From positions 355 through 64,354 of the forward strand of contig JAETPW010000008.1 of assembly GCA_021771025.1 (NCBI GenBank): a stretch of DNA of 64,000 nucleotides, read 5' to 3'. A program made the translations under genes and the position numbers. Positions 1 to 9,361 of the stretch are shown here, one piece after another (position 1 is the first letter of the stretch; every line of letters begins with the position of its first letter). The notes under the pieces were generated by a model that was given only the letters and a program-made list of their open reading frames with translations, was not told the DNA's origin and did no database searches. This stretch comes from Clostridiaceae bacterium. Its GTDB lineage: Bacteria > Bacillota > Clostridia > TANB77 > CAG-508.

Positions 1-1
1 T

Positions 2-1099
2 TTTGGTCGTGATTATACGAGAATTATCCATTCAACAGCTTATCGTCGTTTAAAACATAAAACACAAGTATTTTTTTCACCGGCGAATGATCATATTTGT
101 ACTCGCATTGAGCATGTAACTCATGTTGAATCAATTAGTTATACCATTAGTCAAGCTCTTGGATTAAATGGTGAATTGACAAAAGCCATCGCTGTTTCCC
201 ATGATTTAGGGCATAGTCCATTTGGACATGCAGGAGAATATATTTTATCTGATCTTTCTAAAACCTATTTAGGTATACCTTTTTGGCATGAAAAAAATGG
301 TCTTACTTTTGTGGATAATATAGAGTTATTAGAAGATGTGGATATGGGTAAGCAAAATTTGAATTTAACTTATGCTGTTCGTGATGGGATTATCTCTCAT
401 TGTGGCGAAATTGATGAAAATTCTTTACGCCCAAGAGAAGAAGCTATTGATTTGCTTACTTATGAATTTCCTAACCAATTTTCTCCTTATACTTGGGAAG
501 CTTGTGTAGTAAAAATTTCGGATAAGATCTCTTATCTTTGCCGTGATATTGAAGATGCCATTACCTTAGGGGTTATCCCTGCTGATTCTCCTGAATTAGC
601 TACTATTTTGTCTTCTAATCAATTAATTCAGGCAATGAATAATACCAATATGATTCATGCGTTAATTTCAGATTTGTGTGAACATTCTTCTCCTGAAAAT
701 GGATTGTGTTTTTCTGCTCAAGCACTTCATTTGATGGATGAATTAAAAAAATTTAATTATACTTATATTTATCATTCTTCTCGTATTATGCCTTCTACTC
801 ATTATTTTGATTTAGTTCTTCGTGAGATTTTTGAAGTACTAAAAAATGCTTATGAAGGTGTACAAACTCTTTCTCGTTTGAAAGAATTAACGTGTATTTA
901 TCCTCTTTTGGGCAATAGTTTTTCTAAATTTTTATTGAATTATGTAGATTGTGCTGATCGAGAAGCACGTAAATTAAAAAATCGAATTTTATTCTCTTGG
1001 GAAAATGAGGCAGATTATCTTCGTATGATTATTTGCTATATTTCAGGGATGACAGATCATTTTGCTATGGAAATTTATCATGAAATTATTCATTTTTAA
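2..1099 (+). CDS. dGTPase-like HD-domain triphosphohydrolase; the 5' end lies outside the window
   Basis: The frame is open from nt 2 (FGRDYTRIIHSTAYRRLKHKTQVF...). It has the HD signature VSHDLGHSPFGH and the C-terminal ISGMTDHFA. The ORF track shows only the part after an internal TTG at 176. Confidence 0.8.
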   Translation, partial: FGRDYTRIIHSTAYRRLKHKTQVFFSPANDHICTRIEHVTHVESISYTISQALGLNGELTKAIAVSHDLGHSPFGHAGEYILSDLSKTYLGIPFWHEKNGLTFVDNIELLEDVDMGKQNLNLTYAVRDGIISHCGEIDENSLRPREEAIDLLTYEFPNQFSPYTWEACVVKISDKISYLCRDIEDAITLGVIPADSPELATILSSNQLIQAMNNTNMIHALISDLCEHSSPENGLCFSAQALHLMDELKKFNYTYIYHSSRIMPSTHYFDLVLREIFEVLKNAYEGVQTLSRLKELTCIYPLLGNSFSKFLLNYVDCADREARKLKNRILFSWENEADYLRMIICYISGMTDHFAMEIYHEIIHF

Positions 1100-1160
1100 T
1101 TATACCTGTTTTGGTTTAATGATAAGTCAGTATCGTTTATTTTATTAGGAGGTGAAACAA

Positions 1161-2005
1161 ATGGAAAAATTAGCTATTATTTCTGATGTTCATGCTAATC
1201 TAACTGCTTTACATGCGGTATTAGCAGATTGTAAAAAACGTCAAGTTTCTCATATTTTTTGTTTAGGGGACAGCATACTTAAGTGTACGAGGCCTGCTGA
1301 GGTGATGGATTGTTTATTAGGAGTTTGTGATGTGGTTTTGATGGGAAATTCTGATTATGCTATCTGCCGACCAGAGGCGAAAGAAAAACATTTTTGGACA
1401 AGAGAAAAGTTAGGCGAAAAACGTGCTAACCAAATCATGGAATTACCTGTTTTTCATGAGTTTTATTGTAGTGGCCATTTAATTCGTTTGTTTCATGCTT
1501 CTCCTTATGGGCTAGATTATATTTTTAACCCTATGTTTTCGAATAGAAATACGATTTATTCTGGCGTAGAACATATGAATCCTATGGACTTATTTGCTAA
1601 TACTTCTTTTATTGGTAAAACTAGTGAAGATCCTGTTCCTGATGTGGTTGGTTATGGTCATATTCACACTCCTTGTTTATTTCGTTATCAAAATAAGACT
1701 ATTTTAATCCCGGTAGTGTAGGGATTCCTGTGGAGATGATGAATGATAACTTATCAGATGTGAGTAACAAATTTTCTACTCTTGCATCTTATATGATTAT
1801 AGAGGGAAATTATCTTTCATCTGTTTTCGATTCTATTTCTTTTCAGTTGGTTCGTGTTCCCTACGAGATTGAAAAAGAAGTTACTTTACTTGAGGCTTCT
1901 GATATGCCAAATAAAGAGTCTATTATTCGTAGTTTGGTGGGTGCTCTTCCTACTTCTGTGAATAATCAAATAGATGAAAAAAGTGAAGAGGTATCTTATG
2001 AATGA
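1161..2005 (+). pseudogene. YfcE-like metallophosphoesterase split by a 1-nt frame disruption near 1701-1708
   Basis: An SD (AGGAGG) precedes the ATG at 1161. The N-terminus reads MEKLAIISDVHAN and GHIHTP is present. The conserved NPGSVG motif (aat ccc ggt agt gta ggg, from 1706) sits in the frame of the next ORF (1730-2005), which implies one missing base in the T4/A2 run. Confidence 0.7.
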
Positions 2006-3251
2006 TTTATTGTTAAGGGTTAACGAAAAATTAAAAAAGTATGGACAAGAGCATTTATTATGGTTTTATGATGGGCTTTCAGACGAAGAAAAAAACGGTT
2101 TATTGAATCAAATATTATCGATTGATTTCGCTTTTATGGCCAATTTATATGAAAATTCGATGAAAAATGATACTAATGTTTTAGCTAAAGTTACTCCTTT
2201 GTCACATATAGAGAAGGAACGTCTTTCTCAAGAAGAAATTTTTTCTTATACTGCCATTGGAGAAACTGAAATAAAACAAGGAAATTTTGCTGTTGTTACG
2301 ATGGCTGGCGGTCAGGGGACAAGGCTTGGGTATTCAGGTCCTAAAGGGACGTATCCCTTAGCTCTTAAGCCGATTAAAAAATCACTTTTTCAGATCATGG
2401 CCGAAGATATTGAGCGTGCTAATGAGCGTTATCAGGTAACAATTCCTTGGTATATCATGACTAGTCAAGAAAATGATTTGATGACAAAGGCTTTTTTTGA
2501 GGATAATTCTTTTTTTGGCTATCCTTTAGATTCCGTTCATTTTTTTAGGCAAGATAAATTACCGTTAGTTGGCATTGATGGGAATTTTATTTTAGAAGAA
2601 CCTTACCGTATTAAAGAAGGTTCTAATGGAAATGGAAATGTTTTTGCTGCTATGAAAAAAAATGCAATTTTGGGCCATATGAAGTTACATCATATTAAAT
2701 GGATTTCTTTTGGTGGAATTGACAATGTTTTACTTAAGAATGTTGATCCTTTGTTTTTGGGTATGATGGTTAAGCATGGTCAGGTAACCGCTTCTAAGAC
2801 AATTTTTAAACAAGAGCCTTTGGAGAAGACAGCTGTGTACTGTAGGAAGAATGGAAAACCTGCTATTTTGGATTATGATGTTATTGATTTAGCTCTTTCG
2901 GAAGAAAAGGATGAGTCTGGTTTATATGTGTATCGTGAAGCGAATATGCTATCTCATTTGATGAGTTTTGAGGCTATAGATTATATTGCTGATATTCAGT
3001 TACCTTATCACCGTGCTTTTAAGAAAAATGCTTTTGTTAATTCTGAGGGAGTTAAACAGGTTCCTGATAAGGCTAATACGTTTAAGTTTGAGAATTTTAT
3101 TTTTGATGCTTTTTCTTTCTTTGATGATTTGCTTTTGCTTCGTGTGAGTGCGGATGAGGAGTTTGCTCCGATTAAGGATTTTAGGGGGATGTATAATCCG
3201 GATACGGCTAGGGAGAAGTATGAGAGGTTTTGGAATTTGAGGGGTGATTAG
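1998..3251 (+). CDS. UDP-sugar / UDP-N-acetylhexosamine pyrophosphorylase (UDPGP family)
   Basis: It has the MAGGQGTRLG nucleotide-binding loop and is UDPGP-like throughout. I prefer the in-frame ATG at 1998, which follows GAAGAGG, over the track start at 1974. Confidence 0.75.
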   Translation: MNDLLLRVNEKLKKYGQEHLLWFYDGLSDEEKNGLLNQILSIDFAFMANLYENSMKNDTNVLAKVTPLSHIEKERLSQEEIFSYTAIGETEIKQGNFAVVTMAGGQGTRLGYSGPKGTYPLALKPIKKSLFQIMAEDIERANERYQVTIPWYIMTSQENDLMTKAFFEDNSFFGYPLDSVHFFRQDKLPLVGIDGNFILEEPYRIKEGSNGNGNVFAAMKKNAILGHMKLHHIKWISFGGIDNVLLKNVDPLFLGMMVKHGQVTASKTIFKQEPLEKTAVYCRKNGKPAILDYDVIDLALSEEKDESGLYVYREANMLSHLMSFEAIDYIADIQLPYHRAFKKNAFVNSEGVKQVPDKANTFKFENFIFDAFSFFDDLLLLRVSADEEFAPIKDFRGMYNPDTAREKYERFWNLRGD

Positions 3252-3287
3252 TTGTTCTTTGGGGTGGTTGAATTTGGTGTTTTTGTG

Positions 3288-3317
3288 GTTATTTATTAAG
3301 TATATTAGAATTTAAAG
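3288..3317 (+). repeat. Degenerate copy of the CRISPR repeat in the opposite orientation to the main array
   Basis: gttatttattaagtatattagaatttaaag matches the crRNA-sense repeat GTTATTATATAAATATATTAGAATTTAAAG at 26/30 positions, but on the plus strand. It lies beyond the trailer end of the array. Confidence 0.6.
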
Positions 3318-3354
3318 TTATTTTTTATTGTATTGTTTTGTGTTAACTCCCAGT

Positions 3355-4821
3355 TATTATATAAATATAATAACTGAACAATAAAAAGAATACAAACGAT
3401 TAGTTTTACACTTTAAATTCTAATATATTTATATAATAACTTTATACTTTTTAACTTGCTCATATCTCCATGATTTTCTTTAATATATAATAACATCTAG
3501 CCTCTTGTATTTTATACACATTAAATACCTTTAAATTCTAATATATTTATATAATAACTAATTAATAAAAGAAATATTGATATTATGTCAATTTTGCTTT
3601 AAATTCTAATATATTTATATAATAACCCAATCCAGCCTAATCGTAGTATTGCAAAACTTATTTGCTTTAAATTCTAATATATTTATATAATAACGAAATC
3701 GCAAAATTTATTTTTGAAGAAATGGAAAAAACTTTAAATTCTAATATATTTATATAATAACTCAACAATGTCTAATGCGTCATAAGTTAACCCTACCTTT
3801 AAATTCTAATATATTTATATAATAACTGTGCTAACAATTTTAAATTCGTACAATATGCTTTGTCTTTAAATTCTAATATATTTATATAATAACTACAACA
3901 GGATAAGCAAACAAAAACAAAACAGGTTACCTTTAAATTCTAATATATTTATATAATAACATTATAGTTACTGTTCTTTTTGTTGCCATTTGACGCTTTA
4001 AATTCTAATATATTTATATAATAACTCCTTATGAGGAATGTGACTGTTTCGGGGTCTTCAACTTTAAATTCTAATATATTTATATAATAACGAAGACAAT
4101 GATACTTATATTGTTAATGTTTAAGAAACTTTAAATTCTAATATATTTATATAATAACGATCATTCACGCTAGAATACATTCTGTCTTTCCATCCTTTAA
4201 ATTCTAATATATTTATATAATAACCATTTGTATTGTGCAAAAAGTTCCAAGGGGACTACTTTAAATTCTAATATATTTATATAATAACTGAATTGCTAGA
4301 AGATACGGAAGCAATAGTATACGTGCTTTAAATTCTAATATATTTATATAATAACTTTGTATATTTTAGCATAAATTACAAAGATAAGCAAGCTTTAAAT
4401 TCTAATATATTTATATAATAACCATTTACATACCTCTTTCAACATTTCCTCTAATTTTTCTTTAAATTCTAATATATTTATATAATAACTTTACATACCT
4501 CTTTCAACATTTCCTCTAATTTTTCTTTAAATTCTAATATATTTATATAATAACGTTGATAATTCTTTGGTTAAGTCAGATCCCCATTTGCCTTTAAATT
4601 CTAATATATTTATATAATAACGACAATCTATTTTAATCTCATGTCCATTGCTATGGCACTTTAAATTCTAATATATTTATATAATAACATATTTATGCAA
4701 CTGAGTATTATAAAGCGAATGAATTCTTTAAATTCTAATATATTTATATAATAACACTTAAGTCCAAATATCCTCCTACCGTTAAATTGTCCTTTAAATT
4801 CTAATATATTTATATAATAAC
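3355..4821 (-). CRISPR. CRISPR array with 21 identical 30-nt repeats plus 2 decayed trailer repeats; spacers are 34-38 nt
   Basis: The plus-strand repeat is ctttaaattctaatatatttatataataac. Perfect copies start at 3411, 3529, 3597, 3665, 3732, 3797, 3864, 3931, 3996, 4062, 4129, 4195, 4259, 4326, 4393, 4460, 4525, 4592, 4659, 4726 and 4792. The copy at 3478-3494 has a 13-nt internal deletion. At 3355-3374 only the 3' 20 nt are recognisable. In minus-strand sense the repeat is GTT...TTTAAAG, so the array is co-oriented with the cas genes. Decay at the low-coordinate end places the leader at 4822+. Confidence 0.97.
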
Positions 4822-4999
4822 AGGTCACTAAAATACCCTTGATATTTAAGCTTTCTACTAACCTATTCTGTCGTTCACCAATTATTTTATAACAATCTTC
4901 TACTTTTATAAATGCTTTTTCCAAAATTCATTGAAAATTCAGCCTTTGTGTCGTCTGTCGTACCCCCAGCTTTTTTACATTATTACCGGTCGACAGATT
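4822..4999 (-). promoter_or_regulatory. CRISPR leader (between the cas2 stop and the first repeat)
   Basis: This is a 178-nt non-coding stretch between cas2 and the perfect-repeat end of the array. I did not pinpoint a promoter. Confidence 0.6.
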
Positions 5000-5284
5000 T
5001 TACAAAAAATTATCTGTTTTGTCATCTTCAATCATACCTAAAAATTCTTTATCTAACCATCGTTGATGTCTACTTTTAAAAACTATTACACTATCTTTGT
5101 CTTGCCTTATATGTTTATCTAACTCTACTTGTAGTTTTGCCATTTGTGATTCTAGTAGTTCCCCTTCAAATACAGAGTTTTGAATATGGACTAGATATTT
5201 CTTACATGTTTTGAAAACATTTCTTAATACTTTTTGCCCTTCTTTTTCTTCTAAATTGATATCGTAAACTAAAATGACGTACAT
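5000..5284 (-). CDS. cas2: CRISPR-associated endoribonuclease Cas2
   Basis: MYVILVYDI... is a canonical Cas2 N-terminus. The start is placed at the ATG that sits 1 nt after the cas1 stop (TAAtATG). Confidence 0.9.
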   Translation of the reverse strand: MYVILVYDINLEEKEGQKVLRNVFKTCKKYLVHIQNSVFEGELLESQMAKLQVELDKHIRQDKDSVIVFKSRHQRWLDKEFLGMIEDDKTDNFL

Positions 5285-5285
5285 A

Positions 5286-6278
5286 TTACCACCACATTTT
5301 AAACCCTTCATATGGAATATCTTCTGTTAAATGTTTGATTAGTTTATAGATTTCTAGTCTTATTAAGTATTCATAACTAACTTCTCTATCTAATGTTTTG
5401 TGCTTAATGGTTGTTTGTAATTTCATGTCTAGTTGTTTGGTAAGTTCTTTTCTGGCTTTTTCTTTGATATAGAGAAAGTTTAGTCCTTCTTCAAAGTCTT
5501 TTTCTGTAATTTGATTTTTGTTTAACATTGAGAAGATAAGTCTATCGCCAATAATAGGTTTAAAAATTTCAGCTATGTCTAAACATAATGAAAATCTTCT
5601 TTCCGATGGTTCATGTAGATAACTGATTGTTGGGTTTAATTGTGTTTTATATATTTCGCTTAATACTCGTGTGTAGATCATCGTATTAACGTAAGAAATC
5701 AATGAATTTATGGCATTATCTGGTGGATTTTTTACTCTTTTTTCGAAGGCTATATCTTGATTGATTATTCTGTTCCAACAGTCATAGTAGACTTTCCTGA
5801 TGTTTCCTTCTATTCCCATTAGTTCTTGTACATTTTGACATAAATTAATTTGTTTTCGTAAATATTCAATTTCTTTTTTCTCTTCTGTTAATTCTTTTCC
5901 TCTATTTTGGTAATACGTTAAGTTGCGATAAATGTTGTAAGAAGCAGCATCAATAAAAGCTTTTGCTATCGTTAATCTTTGTTCTTGATTTGTATAGTGT
6001 TCTACTTGTTTAACTAAGAGTTTTCCTGATACTAATGACTCTTTTGGATAGTAACTTCCTGTGTAAAATCCATAGTAATTGAAAAAGTGCACGTTGATTC
6101 CGTATTTTCCTAAGAAATTGATTAGTTTTGTATTGAAGTCAAATTCTGTCATGACATAAATGTCGTCTACTCGTTCAATGGGGATCGTTTTTTTGGTGTT
6201 GTCTTGGTAAACAATTTCTAAGGTATTGTCTTTTCTTTGGATTCTTCCACTTTTGTATAAATAATAGGATTGCTTCAT
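5286..6278 (-). CDS. cas1: CRISPR-associated integrase Cas1
   Basis: 330 aa, with a Cas1-like core (YLHEPSERRFSLCLDIAEIFKP). It lies directly upstream of cas2. Confidence 0.92.
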   Translation of the reverse strand: MKQSYYLYKSGRIQRKDNTLEIVYQDNTKKTIPIERVDDIYVMTEFDFNTKLINFLGKYGINVHFFNYYGFYTGSYYPKESLVSGKLLVKQVEHYTNQEQRLTIAKAFIDAASYNIYRNLTYYQNRGKELTEEKKEIEYLRKQINLCQNVQELMGIEGNIRKVYYDCWNRIINQDIAFEKRVKNPPDNAINSLISYVNTMIYTRVLSEIYKTQLNPTISYLHEPSERRFSLCLDIAEIFKPIIGDRLIFSMLNKNQITEKDFEEGLNFLYIKEKARKELTKQLDMKLQTTIKHKTLDREVSYEYLIRLEIYKLIKHLTEDIPYEGFKMWW

Positions 6279-6473
6279 GTTTGCTATCCTTCCTTTCTTT
6301 GGAAAATAGTCTAAATGCTACGATAGTATCAGACCCCATCGGTTCATGAATCAACTGACCCATTTCCTCCTCTGGCTCCACTAGTTTTTGTTGAATTTTG
6401 ATTATAGTATGGGCTTGAAACGCTAAACTGGTAGTCTTTGGTTCACTAGCTTTTATTGAATCTTTTTTACTGT

Positions 6474-6962
6474 CTATACATAACATAAGTCATAATAAGC
6501 ACATTTTTTACAAATTTTGTTTTCTAGTGTTTTGGGTGGTTTTTCTTGTTTTCCTATTTCTTCTATTGTTTGGATGACGTTTTCTAGAATTTTGGTGTCT
6601 TCTTTTTCTAAGTTTATTTCTTTTGTTTCGCGAAGAAGCGGAAAGTCTATTTTGGCTTGTACATTTTTTACTCCTCTTTTTTGTAGATAGTACATATAGT
6701 ATTTTATTTGCCAGATTCCCGCTTCTTCTATGGCTTTAGTCTTTTTTACTTCATGAAGCACTGCTCCGTTATTGATAAAGTCTATGTTTATGGTGTTGTC
6801 GATTAGGATTTCTTTCTTTTCCCTACTGTAACTTGTTTCGTCTAACAGTTTTCCTAGTGAGACTAGTTCACTGTTTTGCTCCATATTGATTTCGTTGATA
6901 AAGTACCATAGTTTTCTGGGGCATATGAAATAGTAATAAATCATTACTCCTGTTATTTTCAT
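6474..6962 (-). CDS. cas4: Cas4 RecB-like nuclease
   Basis: 162 aa, with an N-terminal Cys (YFICPRKLWYF) and a C-terminal CKKCAYYDLC cluster, which is the Cas4 4-Cys pattern. Its position upstream of cas1 fits. Confidence 0.88.
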   Translation of the reverse strand: MKITGVMIYYYFICPRKLWYFINEINMEQNSELVSLGKLLDETSYSREKKEILIDNTINIDFINNGAVLHEVKKTKAIEEAGIWQIKYYMYYLQKRGVKNVQAKIDFPLLRETKEINLEKEDTKILENVIQTIEEIGKQEKPPKTLENKICKKCAYYDLCYV

Positions 6963-6985
6963 TTTTATTTCATCTCTTTCCTATA

Positions 6986-7018
6986 TAGGGAAGAAAAGGG
7001 CGTCCCCTTTTTTCCCTA
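6986..7018. repeat. GC-rich palindromic intergenic repeat (REP-like hairpin), copy 1, between cas3 and cas4
   Basis: tagggaagaaaagggcgtcccctttttt-cccta. This is the same unit found at 15136, 17562 (inverted), 17639 and 61019. Confidence 0.85.
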
Positions 7019-7026
7019 TTCCTATG

Positions 7027-9213
7027 TTAATCTGCAAAACGTTCGTGTAGTTCATATTCTTCGTCTTTTTTTAATAGTAGCCCTATTTCATTATCGTATT
7101 TTAAGTCGGCGATCCATAGTTCTTTTAGGTAAGGACATATTGTTAATCTGTCTTGTATTTTCCATTTTTGGGATTGATTGATGGAAATGGATAATTGATT
7201 AATTTTTCTTCTTAATTCGTTTCTGGTTTTTAAGTCTTTCTCTTTTTCATATTGATTGAATAATTCCAAGTTTTTATCGTAAATTGTTTTTGGTATGATT
7301 GTTATATTGTCTATATTTCTTAGTAGTTTCTGTGCTTCTTTTTTGCTTGTGTCGTAGTCTATAATGGTGTCTAAGAAAGTAATGCTTTGTTGGAATTTTT
7401 GGTAAAACTTAGTGTTTTTTAATTGTTCTTCTGAGTATAATTCGTCTACTAAATCTATTTTTGCTTGTTCTTCTAGTATTTGGTTATTGTATTTTTTTAA
7501 TAATGTGATGCTTTTTTGATGGATTTCTTCATCATAAACACTTCCTATTCCAGTTGCTTCTTTTTCATATATCCATATATTTGGTGTGTCTCTTTTATAT
7601 TCTCTACTTCTGTAGCATCTTCCTAATCGTTGAAATAGGCTATCTAATGTTGACATTTCGGTAAATAGATAGTCAAAATCTATGTCTAATGATGCTTCAA
7701 CAATTTGGGTTGTGATCCAAATTCCAGGTTCATTTTCAGTTTGAGAGAATTCTTTTATTTTATTTTCTTTGTTATTTCGGTCAAGTTGTGTGAATCTTGA
7801 GTGTAGCACATTGGCTTTTATTCCTTTTTCTTTTAGTTTTTGTTGTATTTCAATTGATTGATTGATGGTGTTTGTGATAATTAGTACTTTATGCTTTTTT
7901 CCTTTTTCAATTATTTGATTTATGTCTTCTTTTATGGATTTTTCTTGCAGATTTATCCAGTGTCTTTGGGTGGGTTTTAAAAATTCTCCATATTGGACTT
8001 TAATTCCTCTTTTTTGTAATTCTTCTCGGTAAATTCTAGGAAGAGTTGCTGTCATTACCATGAATTTTCCTCCTATTTGGTGAATCATTTCTAATCCTTT
8101 TAAAATGATGGCTACTATCTCAGGAGAATAGGCTTGGATTTCGTCGATAATTATTTTTGAATAACTTAATGTGGCATAGATTTTTTCATAGCCTCTATAC
8201 TTAAATACGAAAGGGAAAATCTGGTCAATGGTGCAAGTTGTTATTTTTTGGGTTAGATTTTTGCTTTGTTCGTATATTTCTTCTTCATTTTCAATTTCTT
8301 GTTTTTCTTCTAGGTAATCTATTGCTGTTGAATGTAGAAGCCCAACATGATGATAGTTTATATCTGAATTAATTCGGTCATAAATGGCATTTATACTGAT
8401 TCTAATTGGTAGAGTGAAAAATGTTTTATCTTTTTTACTCCATAATAATGCTGCTTCTGTTTTTCCCATCCCTGTTGAACCAATGACTAAGACATTTTCT
8501 TCTGTGTTTTTTTGAGCAAATTTTTGGAGTTCGTTTAGGTTATATTTTTTTCCCTTCATGAATTCGTGAACATAGGATTGTATTTCTTCTTTTGTTTGAT
8601 CTTCTACCATTAACCCGGCTGAACTACTATGATCTAAACGATGTAGCAAGCCTTTTAGTAAGCAATATTCTGGGTAAATGGTATCTTTGGGCGTAATTCT
8701 TTTTCCTTCTCCTACCTTTTTTAAGTAATTTGTTGTTAAATTTTCTTCTAGTTCTATTCCTAGTTGGTTTTTTATTTCTTCTAACTTTGGTAAAATGTCC
8801 TCTTGTATAATCTCTTTAATGTGTTGTGGCTCTACTCTTTCTTCTTTTCTTTCGTGATGATAGTAAATTGCTTGATACACTAACTTTTTTTCTTCTTTTG
8901 ATAGCCCTAATTTTTCTACAGGAATGAATATTGGCGAAAGCTGTTCATGTTTAACAGCATCGTAATTAAACTTTGTTTTGATCGGTTCTAGTTTTAATTT
9001 TTGTCTGATGATGTTTTGAAACGGGGTATATACTTTTCCTATATCATGGTATTTACAGATAATCTTTAATAAATACCAGAATCTACTTTGATCGATTTTG
9101 ATTATTTTATTGATGGTGTCCTTATATGTTTCTTTTAATTTTTTTAAATTATCTAATAGTTCATTTGTGTGCTCTGTTATCGATTGTTCTGGGTTTGATT
9201 TAGCATAGAACAT
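7027..9213 (-). CDS. cas3: Cas3 HD nuclease / DEXH helicase fusion
   Basis: It has an N-terminal HD motif (KYHDIGK), Walker A (GSTGMGKTEAAL) and DEIQ (IIDEIQAY). 728 aa. Confidence 0.92.
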   Translation of the reverse strand: MFYAKSNPEQSITEHTNELLDNLKKLKETYKDTINKIIKIDQSRFWYLLKIICKYHDIGKVYTPFQNIIRQKLKLEPIKTKFNYDAVKHEQLSPIFIPVEKLGLSKEEKKLVYQAIYYHHERKEERVEPQHIKEIIQEDILPKLEEIKNQLGIELEENLTTNYLKKVGEGKRITPKDTIYPEYCLLKGLLHRLDHSSSAGLMVEDQTKEEIQSYVHEFMKGKKYNLNELQKFAQKNTEENVLVIGSTGMGKTEAALLWSKKDKTFFTLPIRISINAIYDRINSDINYHHVGLLHSTAIDYLEEKQEIENEEEIYEQSKNLTQKITTCTIDQIFPFVFKYRGYEKIYATLSYSKIIIDEIQAYSPEIVAIILKGLEMIHQIGGKFMVMTATLPRIYREELQKRGIKVQYGEFLKPTQRHWINLQEKSIKEDINQIIEKGKKHKVLIITNTINQSIEIQQKLKEKGIKANVLHSRFTQLDRNNKENKIKEFSQTENEPGIWITTQIVEASLDIDFDYLFTEMSTLDSLFQRLGRCYRSREYKRDTPNIWIYEKEATGIGSVYDEEIHQKSITLLKKYNNQILEEQAKIDLVDELYSEEQLKNTKFYQKFQQSITFLDTIIDYDTSKKEAQKLLRNIDNITIIPKTIYDKNLELFNQYEKEKDLKTRNELRRKINQLSISINQSQKWKIQDRLTICPYLKELWIADLKYDNEIGLLLKKDEEYELHERFAD

Positions 9214-9361
9214 GATTATTACTCCTTTTTTCTTTTTTTCTACTTAGGTGGTCGATGTACGATGCTCAATACTCCGATAAGGTCAGACCCTCTTGTAGCA
9301 CTTTTTCTTCATGAGTTTTACCCTATTAGCGCATTTATTTGCCTGACTATATTAGCCACAC

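Noticed and set aside
4661-4924. 87-aa minus-strand ORF in the track
   Set aside because: It lies across CRISPR repeats and spacers and the leader. Its repetitive translation (YYINILEFK twice) simply reflects the repeats.
6175-6486. 103-aa minus-strand ORF spanning the cas4-cas1 gap, with an internal GGAGG-ATG
   Set aside because: It overlaps the first ~100 nt of cas1 out of frame, has basic low-complexity composition and no recognisable motif. I treat the gap as non-coding but flag it as unusual.
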